A program made the position numbers and the translations under genes. From sequence record PQ400055.1: 64,000 nucleotides of DNA; one strand, given 5' to 3'. This document shows positions 57,586 to 64,000 of the stretch, one piece after another. This stretch comes from a phage. The notes beneath the pieces were generated by a model that did not search any database, was not told the DNA's origin, and worked only from the letters and a program-made list of their open reading frames with translations. Each line of letters begins with the position of its first letter. The first letter of the stretch is position 1.

Positions 57586-57854
57586 TTCACTAATTGAACA
57601 GCACGGAACAGAATGCGCTCACACGGAAGCAGCATAAATTCCCAACGCGGATCAAAGTCTTTAGCGGTGTACGTTTTCCCATCAACCGAGATTTCACTTA
57701 CATAACCAACAGGTGACACTTTAAGAACAGTAAACCCATTCTTGATGACTTCGTAGGTATCTTTCACCCCTTCGTATTCATCATCTAAGAAGTCTTTATG
57801 TGCTTGCTCAGATTTAAAAACATAGGCCACACCGGATTTAAACATCTTACGCAT
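57582..57854 (-). CDS. paralogous-family protein (single unit; start moved to internal ATG)
   Basis: MRKMFKSGVAYVFK...GFTVLKV...ISVDGKTYT; RBS aaggag; track start 57914 lies inside the promoter. Confidence 0.5.
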   Translation of the reverse strand: MRKMFKSGVAYVFKSEQAHKDFLDDEYEGVKDTYEVIKNGFTVLKVSPVGYVSEISVDGKTYTAKDFDPRWEFMLLPCERILFRAVQLVK

Positions 57855-57879
57855 TGTTGATTCTCCTTCTTGATTAGAT

Positions 57880-57914
57880 GGGAGTATTTTACTACTCCCA
57901 TTTCTTATTGTCAA
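57880..57914 (-). promoter_or_regulatory. sigma70-type early promoter cassette with palindrome
   Basis: Minus strand TTGACA-17-TAAAAT; GGGAGTAgtaaaaTACTCCC. Confidence 0.6.
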
Positions 57915-57917
57915 CTA

Positions 57918-58406
57918 CTATCTTAATCTTTGTATGAATTGTTTCTTATACTTCTTCGTGATCTCTTCTCTTGTATCAGCGTCGCAGTAATCGAAACCTT
58001 CTGCGTCCATAATAGCAACCATCTCCGCGCGTGTCAAGCGTGAAAATCGTTTTACTTTATCAACAGCATATTGAGGATGTAAATGATTGTTGGTGTAGTC
58101 TCCTTTGATGTAATTAACATAGTTTGTAGCCCAAACAACGAAATCAGCACCTAAAGCACCAACACCAAACCGTTTAAAGTCTCCGGTCAACGATCCTTCT
58201 AGGCGGTTGCAACACGAATGAAGCAATCCCCTTACGCGGCCTTGCCCTTTACCATCTAGATCGTGGTCGTGGTCAAGATGGTTTTTGCTCATATCCTCAA
58301 AAAGTGGCAATTGACAAAGGGGGCAAATGCCCCCCTGTTTTTCGAATAGTTCTTGTTTGTACTCTTTAGCACTCTTAGCAGTCAGTAACATAAATTCACC
58401 CTCCAA
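57918..58406 (-). CDS. 49: endonuclease VII (Holliday junction resolvase, gp49)
   Basis: HLDHDHDLDGKGQGRVRGLLHSCCN matches T4 gp49 HLDHDHELNGPKAGKVRGLLCNLCN; zinc-binding CPLCQ; 162 aa. Confidence 0.9.
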   Translation of the reverse strand: MEGEFMLLTAKSAKEYKQELFEKQGGICPLCQLPLFEDMSKNHLDHDHDLDGKGQGRVRGLLHSCCNRLEGSLTGDFKRFGVGALGADFVVWATNYVNYIKGDYTNNHLHPQYAVDKVKRFSRLTRAEMVAIMDAEGFDYCDADTREEITKKYKKQFIQRLR

Positions 58407-58415
58407 AGAAGGTAT

Positions 58416-58709
58416 TTAACCATTAATCTTGTTTTTGACTACAAAGGATCGGAACTCATCAAAACCACCGATATAATCACCATCATAGAAAATCTGCGGC
58501 ATGGTGGCAATAACTTCTACCCCTGCGCGATCCTGAATATCGGCAATGATAGAATCAATCTTTACCGGGCGACCGTTTTCGTCCACACCATCATTAACCG
58601 GAATGTAGATGTAAGGGATCTTACGCGCTTCACAAAGGCGCTTTGCATTCTGGCAATACTTACAGTTGTAACCTTCAAAACCAAAAATTTCTACCATGTT
58701 ATACCTCAA
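58416..58709 (-). CDS. nrdC: thioredoxin/glutaredoxin (NrdC-like)
   Basis: 97 aa; CKYCQNAKRL...MPQIFYDGDYIGGFDEF matches T4 NrdC CVYCDNAKRL...MPQVFAPDGSHIGGFDQL. Confidence 0.85.
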   Translation of the reverse strand: MRYNMVEIFGFEGYNCKYCQNAKRLCEARKIPYIYIPVNDGVDENGRPVKIDSIIADIQDRAGVEVIATMPQIFYDGDYIGGFDEFRSFVVKNKING

Positions 58710-59518
58710 TCTACGTTAGTTACATAAACTTCTTGCGTATCAGAAGACTTGCCACCTGAACGATCTAGGCAATAGGTCTTATTCAACAAGACGCAGTTTA
58801 AATCATTCCGCTTGATAAAGTCAAGAAGATGATCATTTGCCTTTCCCTTATGATGCGTGACATTACTTATACCAAACTGAAAACCACGCGCCATAATAGA
58901 TTCTACCCACTGATAGAATTTAATCTCTTCCTCGTCACTCCAGAACTTATTGTATTCCGCAGAAGTGATAAGGTACGGCGGGTCCAAATAAACGAAATCA
59001 CCTGGCAAGATCTCGATCTCGTCATAACGACCAGAAGTAAAACTGATTCGACCGTCTTTGTTTTCTTCCTTAAAATTCAGGACGCGCTCTACCGCGTTTT
59101 CGTTAAAAGTCCGTCGGCCAAAATTAGCATTAAATTCTCCCTTCCTGTTATGGCGGTTAATGTTGCTAAAACTGTGCTGAATCAACACAAACAGAGATAG
59201 AGGGTCTGGATTCTCGTTATACTTCTTACGGAATGTCATGTAAGCGTCTTTATCTTCGCGAGACAAACCATTTTCGGCAATAATACGCTTGATCGTAGAA
59301 ACCGGATCAGGACACTCATCAATGGCCTTGTAAGCGTCAATTAAGCGATGATCATAGTCATTAGCCAGTACATCACCTTCAACATACAGAGACACGCTCA
59401 AGCCACCACAAAAGGCATCAACAAAGCGGTTATAGTGCTTAGGGAAATATTTACTAACACCGGGCAATAACTTTTCCTTATTGCCCGTATAGGGAATTAA
59501 ACCTAATGCTTTCTTCAT
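58706..59518 (-). CDS. dam: DNA adenine methyltransferase (Dam)
   Basis: 270 aa; YTGNKEKLLP..YNRFVD.FCGGLSVSL...LANDYD and GDFVYLDPPYLITSAEYNKFWSDEEE match T4 Dam. Confidence 0.9.
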   Translation of the reverse strand: MKKALGLIPYTGNKEKLLPGVSKYFPKHYNRFVDAFCGGLSVSLYVEGDVLANDYDHRLIDAYKAIDECPDPVSTIKRIIAENGLSREDKDAYMTFRKKYNENPDPLSLFVLIQHSFSNINRHNRKGEFNANFGRRTFNENAVERVLNFKEENKDGRISFTSGRYDEIEILPGDFVYLDPPYLITSAEYNKFWSDEEEIKFYQWVESIMARGFQFGISNVTHHKGKANDHLLDFIKRNDLNCVLLNKTYCLDRSGGKSSDTQEVYVTNVD

Positions 59519-59949
59519 TATCCCTTCCTCAAATAAGTTCGCTCAATCTCTACCAGTTCGAAAAATTCATCCCAATCACACGGAAAGTTGCAGTTTCCGA
59601 AATGATCCTCTTTGTAAAGTTCTTTACCGGATGGCAGCTTAATATCTGTTACGCTGTAGTATCCACAACAATCGCAATCACCCTCTGTATATTCTGTTTT
59701 AGTCGGAATATCCATCATTGCCAGATACAAAGGTACATCGTCTTGCTCAAAGTTCATGTAACCTTCATGGTCAAACGAGACAAAATTGTCATCACCCAAA
59801 AAAGGGATATAATGGTCATAATCGGTTACAGGTTGACCGTGTAATTCCCATTCTACAATTTTAACATTACCACTAAATTTTATACCCATAATTTCAACAA
59901 GAAAATGAGTATCGTCAATGTAAATCTTACTAGGGGTTGGATAAACCAT
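59518..59949 (-). CDS. hypothetical Cys-rich protein
   Basis: 143 aa; CDCCGYY...CNFPCDWDEF. Confidence 0.5.
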   Translation of the reverse strand: MVYPTPSKIYIDDTHFLVEIMGIKFSGNVKIVEWELHGQPVTDYDHYIPFLGDDNFVSFDHEGYMNFEQDDVPLYLAMMDIPTKTEYTEGDCDCCGYYSVTDIKLPSGKELYKEDHFGNCNFPCDWDEFFELVEIERTYLRKG

Positions 59950-59959
59950 TATATAATCC

Positions 59960-60256
59960 TCATATATCAGAGAATAGAATCTCTGTTAGCTTCACTGACT
60001 GCTCTCTGAATGTTAGCGTATACTCGAAAGGAAAGTCAACACCTAATTTCAGAAGAGAATAGCCTACCGCCTCTTTATGCTTATCGGTTAGGGCGATCCT
60101 AACCAATTCCCGTTGAATCTCTTTAGGCGGTGAATGGATAGTAACACGGGTATCATGCAATGTCCAGTCACCATTTCGAATTAAGATTAACGGTTTATCA
60201 TCATTGAAGATCACCGACCCCTTTCCGGTCGGTGAGTGTTTTATACTAATCATCAA
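59960..60256 (-). CDS. hypothetical protein
   Basis: 98 aa ORF. Confidence 0.45.
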   Translation of the reverse strand: MMISIKHSPTGKGSVIFNDDKPLILIRNGDWTLHDTRVTIHSPPKEIQRELVRIALTDKHKEAVGYSLLKLGVDFPFEYTLTFREQSVKLTEILFSDI

Positions 60257-60467
60257 ATTCTAAGAAATATTCTGGAACGATATAACCGTTAAAGTCATTA
60301 CACTTATAAAAATGTGGTGCATTTAATGCTGGATGAGCATTAGTAAAGAGTTTACCCTCTAGAAACAGAATGTAATTAATAGGTCTAATACCTACAGAAT
60401 CAGGGTCTAAACCTTTTTCTTTCAGTTCAGCCAGCGTTAAAACTCGTCCAGATCGTAACTTAGCCAT
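60246..60467 (-). CDS. hypothetical protein
   Basis: 73 aa ORF. Confidence 0.4.
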   Translation of the reverse strand: MAKLRSGRVLTLAELKEKGLDPDSVGIRPINYILFLEGKLFTNAHPALNAPHFYKCNDFNGYIVPEYFLEFDD

Positions 60468-60753
60468 GATTTACCCCTAATTCATCAAGATTATGTCGCA
60501 GCATTTCAGAGTATTTTTCTACTTCCTTGATCTTAGTGTGGATCTCCACGATCTCATCTTCACTATCAGATAGTTTAATGGCAATAGCGAGCGTGCTTTT
60601 ACCAGCTTTCATAGTCTCTTTCCGTTCAACCAATAGATCCGCGTGTTTCAATAGCAATTCTTCACGTCGAACATAAGCGACGGTCAAAGCCTCATCAGCG
60701 ATTTCTAAAGCATTTTCAGCGACACCAACAACCATTTTACGAGTAGACAGCAT
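60460..60753 (-). CDS. hypothetical protein
   Basis: 97 aa, predicted helical. Confidence 0.45.
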   Translation of the reverse strand: MLSTRKMVVGVAENALEIADEALTVAYVRREELLLKHADLLVERKETMKAGKSTLAIAIKLSDSEDEIVEIHTKIKEVEKYSEMLRHNLDELGVNHG

Positions 60754-60767
60754 AAATTCACCTCACA

Positions 60768-61112
60768 TTATTTCACGTTAACGCCGTTATCAATCCAGCC
60801 GACGCTATTTGGTTTAACAGTTTTACCATAGGATGCATACTTAATCAAGCATGGTTTAACATCATTATCAAATCTTCCTAAACGTACTCCCAAATCAGGA
60901 ATATCCATGTATGCGGCTTTATATCCCCATGTACCGTATTCAGAATCAATCTCAACCGGACGGCCTTTAAAAGCATACACTACACCGTGACGGTCAACGA
61001 TAACATAGCGATAGCCAGCCGGAAGATACACAGTTTCGCCGTAAACTTTAACTGGAGTAGCAGAAGAGATAAACATAATATAATCCTCACATCGTTCATT
61101 TGATGCGGTCAT
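60768..61112 (-). CDS. hypothetical protein
   Basis: 114 aa ORF. Confidence 0.45.
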   Translation of the reverse strand: MTASNERCEDYIMFISSATPVKVYGETVYLPAGYRYVIVDRHGVVYAFKGRPVEIDSEYGTWGYKAAYMDIPDLGVRLGRFDNDVKPCLIKYASYGKTVKPNSVGWIDNGVNVK

Positions 61113-61146
61113 TATATGATAACCGCATTTTCATGTCAACAGTTTT

Positions 61147-61521
61147 TTAAAAATCTTCTTCCGGTTTATATCGACCGTCATCGACTGGTTTTGGACTGAA
61201 TCCTTTATGCGTGCGCGGCTTCGCTTCCGGTTTACCAGCAATCATCAAACCAAAACATTTCAGCCCCTTATAACACATAACAATATCAACCACGGTCCAC
61301 GTTATAGGCCAGACGATTGCAGCAATACAAAATGCTCCTGTATCGACCTCTTTGGTGTCCTTGTCGAATCTGGCATACAAGCAGAATACTAGATACGAGA
61401 TCATTGCACCAGTAATCCAGATATAAAGTACATTAACAATATCTTGTGTTGTCAAATTGTCCTCCTTACATGTCTTGCAGTGCATAAAAGCATTTTTCTT
61501 CGTAGTCATAGAAAATGTCAA
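61147..61521 (-). CDS. hypothetical membrane protein
   Basis: 124 aa with 2-3 hydrophobic helices. Confidence 0.5.
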   Translation of the reverse strand: MTFSMTTKKNAFMHCKTCKEDNLTTQDIVNVLYIWITGAMISYLVFCLYARFDKDTKEVDTGAFCIAAIVWPITWTVVDIVMCYKGLKCFGLMIAGKPEAKPRTHKGFSPKPVDDGRYKPEEDF

Positions 61522-61744
61522 AGTATGCTTTTTCTACATACTCGCCATTGATCCAAGCGGCAGTAACAATCAGAGTGGTCCAGGTAGATCCGCTCTCAAC
61601 GGTAAAGGTTTTAATACCCAGCTTCGCTGCCAAGTCGAACGCAAACCGGACGCAACCACGGCAGGAAGTGATATTGGAAGTTTTGATTTTAAAGCCACCG
61701 CGAGTTTTAGAAATTTCTACTTTAGCGAAAGACAGGTTGCTCAT
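61466..61744 (-). CDS. hypothetical protein (start moved to internal ATG)
   Basis: MSNLSFAKVEIS... with RBS aaggag; track start 61801 lies inside the promoter. Confidence 0.45.
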   Translation of the reverse strand: MSNLSFAKVEISKTRGGFKIKTSNITSCRGCVRFAFDLAAKLGIKTFTVESGSTWTTLIVTAAWINGEYVEKAYFDIFYDYEEKCFYALQDM

Positions 61745-61786
61745 TTTGATTCTCCTTAAGAAAGTGTGTTTCGTTTTGATGTGTGT

Positions 61787-61815
61787 AGTATAGGGGATCA
61801 CCGATCCCCTGTCAA
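61787..61815 (-). promoter_or_regulatory. sigma70-type early promoter cassette with palindromic spacer
   Basis: Minus strand TTGACA-17-TATACT; spacer GGGGATC-ggt-GATCCCC. Confidence 0.55.
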
Positions 61816-61831
61816 CAACTTTTTTATGATT

Positions 61832-62152
61832 TTAGTGAATTAACTCTACACCAAAATGAGGCACAGAGAACGCCTTACAAAACACATATTCATCATGTTT
61901 AGGAATCGCCCCTAACCGCTCTATTTCGCTCGCTAACACTATAAACTGTTTATCTGGTGCATATGCCTTGCGTGCTTCAACAACGCACGGAAAACGCGTT
62001 TTAGAGAGTTCTGGATAGTTTTCCGAATCCAACAGGACAATGAATACCCTGTTACATTGATTGTAGAATCCTGTTTTTGATTTCATCAAGTTTTCTTCTC
62101 TGTACAATTCGTGCAATCTTCCTTTCATGATTTCGTTGGTTCTTGTCTTCAC
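61832..62152 (-). CDS. hypothetical protein
   Basis: 106 aa; overlaps 62052..62369 by ~100 nt in another frame, so one start is probably mis-set. Confidence 0.35.
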   Translation of the reverse strand: MKTRTNEIMKGRLHELYREENLMKSKTGFYNQCNRVFIVLLDSENYPELSKTRFPCVVEARKAYAPDKQFIVLASEIERLGAIPKHDEYVFCKAFSVPHFGVELIH

Positions 62153-62369
62153 AGTTTACCCATTCAACAAGGTCTTTACCTAACTCGAAAGCCCATTCTC
62201 GGTCCTGCTTTACGTTTTGTAGGTATGGACTTTCTGACACTCTACGAAGTGATGTTGTCGTAACAAGAATGATCTCAGGAATGGTCGGATGTTCTTTTCC
62301 ATATACAATAGGACGCGAGTCACTATCAATACCTTGTAAGAAGGTGTATCCTGAATCACTTAGAATCAT
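62052..62369 (-). CDS. hypothetical protein
   Basis: 105 aa ORF; see overlap above. Confidence 0.4.
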   Translation of the reverse strand: MILSDSGYTFLQGIDSDSRPIVYGKEHPTIPEIILVTTTSLRRVSESPYLQNVKQDREWAFELGKDLVEWVNCEDKNQRNHERKIARIVQRRKLDEIKNRILQSM

Positions 62370-62388
62370 ATACTTTTCATTTCACACA

Positions 62389-62646
62389 TCACAGTTTCCT
62401 CAACCAGTTATTCAAGCGAGTAAACCATGATGCTTTTCGTGCTTCTTTTACTTTATGTGCACGTAAACCACTGAAACACCATTCATAATCATCACTGAAA
62501 CATGATTCAACAGGAACACCCGCATTTCGTAGTTCTCTGGTCTTTATCATGAATCCTTGACATAAGGGGCGACCTTCAACAATGATAGGAAGTTTAACTT
62601 TTTCCATGAAAGTATACCCAGCACGGTCAATAATTTCAATTTTCAT
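62389..62646 (-). CDS. hypothetical protein
   Basis: 85 aa ORF. Confidence 0.4.
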   Translation of the reverse strand: MKIEIIDRAGYTFMEKVKLPIIVEGRPLCQGFMIKTRELRNAGVPVESCFSDDYEWCFSGLRAHKVKEARKASWFTRLNNWLRKL

Positions 62647-62890
62647 TTACATTGTCTCCATAGATCTTTCCAGCAATATCAATTTCACCAGCGCGAACAT
62701 CTAGGATAAGATGCGGTAGGTGTATGCAGTTTTCCCACCCCACTCGCTTCATTTCTTCTACGGTAATATAAGCCCACCCGTTCGCTGTAATAAAGTCTAC
62801 TTCAACCTTGAGAGGAAAGCAAGACTTTTCTATGTCTTCGAATCCGATAATGTGTTTTGTCGTTGAATATGGAATATATCCGGTGATCAT
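62636..62890 (-). CDS. hypothetical protein
   Basis: 84 aa ORF. Confidence 0.4.
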   Translation of the reverse strand: MITGYIPYSTTKHIIGFEDIEKSCFPLKVEVDFITANGWAYITVEEMKRVGWENCIHLPHLILDVRAGEIDIAGKIYGDNVNEN

Positions 62891-63348
62891 TTTGTGATCT
62901 CCTTATACTCAACACACCATAAGCGGGTAGCCCATGATAAACACTCATAACGCTGGCAGAAATCGGACCATAGATATTGTGCACCGTTCGGCATAGTTGA
63001 AATATGCGTTTTCTCTCCAACTTTCACGAAAGAAGTATTCGATTTTGTGATCTCGACCGGAGTATATCCGAAAGCGGGTTCCAAGCCAACATCTGAACTA
63101 AATGCCAATTTAACAGAATTTGTTTTTCTGACCGCTGTCCGGTTTCCTTCTGGGTATAGTACAGCAGGTTTAGCGCCTAAGCGGATAAACTCAGTGTTTT
63201 TAATAAACAGAATATCATGATAACCGTCATATTCCGACACTTCCATAGTAACAGGAAAATCGACATGTGCTAAACCTGGTAGATCTCGCATATCATGAAA
63301 GGTCGCCATCAACTTTTTCATTCTATATTCCTCACTCTTCTGTTTCAT
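62887..63348 (-). CDS. hypothetical protein
   Basis: 153 aa ORF. Confidence 0.45.
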   Translation of the reverse strand: MKQKSEEYRMKKLMATFHDMRDLPGLAHVDFPVTMEVSEYDGYHDILFIKNTEFIRLGAKPAVLYPEGNRTAVRKTNSVKLAFSSDVGLEPAFGYTPVEITKSNTSFVKVGEKTHISTMPNGAQYLWSDFCQRYECLSWATRLWCVEYKEITK

Positions 63349-63568
63349 TTCTTTTATATGGTACTATAACAGGATTAATACAGCAAGCACCAATTACGTT
63401 ATGAGCACCACAATTTAAGCATTTATAATCATGGAACTTATTAAGGAATCGCCCGAACTCATAACCGACTAGCGCAGCATGTACTTGAGTCTCGATCTCA
63501 TCCATATCAGCCAATGTTTTAACCTTCATAATATAATCCTCAAATTGTAGTTTTGCGAAGATGGTCAT
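63332..63568 (-). CDS. hypothetical Cys-containing protein
   Basis: 78 aa; CLNCGAHNVIGACC. Confidence 0.4.
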   Translation of the reverse strand: MTIFAKLQFEDYIMKVKTLADMDEIETQVHAALVGYEFGRFLNKFHDYKCLNCGAHNVIGACCINPVIVPYKRNETEE

Positions 63569-63830
63569 TACATGCTTTTAATGCATCGGTCGCGGTGTCA
63601 TAGCGAGTATTATCATAGCACCAATAACCATCTGTCAACTGATAAATTAATCCATCCTTTTTAGCTTCGATGAAAGATAACTCTTTGAAAGTTTCTACTT
63701 TCTTTGCTGATAATCCACGGTCACGGCGTTTATAGAGTTTAGCTAAAATGCGTTCAGCTTGTTCCTCTTTATCGCCAGACAGATCCCAGATGATGTTTCT
63801 TATATGCTTGATTAATTGTTCAGTGGTCAT
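63540..63830 (-). CDS. hypothetical protein
   Basis: 96 aa ORF preceded by promoter cassette and RBS aaggag. Confidence 0.5.
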   Translation of the reverse strand: MTTEQLIKHIRNIIWDLSGDKEEQAERILAKLYKRRDRGLSAKKVETFKELSFIEAKKDGLIYQLTDGYWCYDNTRYDTATDALKACNDHLRKTTI

Positions 63831-63859
63831 CTTTGATTCTCCTTAGTTGGTATGCGTGC

Positions 63860-63887
63860 ATTATAGCATTGTGATTATCTTTGTCAA
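63860..63887 (-). promoter_or_regulatory. sigma70-type early promoter cassette
   Basis: Minus strand TTGACA-16-TATAAT then GCACGCATACCAACTAAGGAGAATCAAAGATG. Confidence 0.55.
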
Positions 63888-63898
63888 CACCCAAAAAC

Positions 63899-63924
63899 AA
63901 AAAAGGCTATCCCGAAGGATAGCC
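63899..63924 (-). terminator. rho-independent terminator (minus strand)
   Basis: Minus-strand ggctatcc-ttcg-ggatagcc followed by ttttttg. Confidence 0.65.
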
Positions 63925-64000
63925 CATAAAATTACACACGAGCGCCGTAGATCGTGCCTACTTTATCCCAGCGTGGGGCATTACCAGTAACAGCTTTACC

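Noticed and set aside
1-64000. CRISPR arrays, tRNA genes, integrase or transposase genes
   Set aside because: No regularly spaced direct repeats with unique spacers, no cloverleaf-compatible 70-90-nt segments in intergenic gaps, and no recombinase-like ORFs were seen; the T4 tRNA cluster would lie outside this window.

Overview
This window is a contiguous segment of a T4-like (Tevenvirinae-type) myophage genome, colinear with the T4 map. The plus strand carries the late long-tail-fibre genes 34-35-36-37 and holin t (22-10599). Everything else is on the minus strand: a block of small hypothetical early genes, topoisomerase gp52, rIIB and rIIA, fused gp39/60 topoisomerase, DexA, Dda, a ModA-like ADP-ribosyltransferase, gp56, primase gp61, helicase gp41, UvsX, DNA polymerase gp43, RegA, gp62/gp44/gp45, gp46, gp47, gp55, NrdG, NrdD, endonuclease VII gp49, NrdC and Dam. 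All calls rest on reading the translations against remembered T4 protein sequences, motifs and gene order; no database search was run. Notable points: rIIB is split across two frames at an A7 homopolymer; about 18 sigma70-consensus promoter cassettes, many with a palindrome around the -10, recur upstream of minus-strand genes (they resemble the PeSL elements reported for RB49-type phages, from memory); no asiA/motA, gene 42, beta-gt or alpha-gt is recognisable at the T4-syntenic positions; gp37 ends in an intramolecular-chaperone-like domain with no gp38; an expanded paralogous family of small proteins flanks nrdG/nrdD; and several short ORFs absent from the ORF track look real. No tRNA, CRISPR array, intron or homing endonuclease was recognised.
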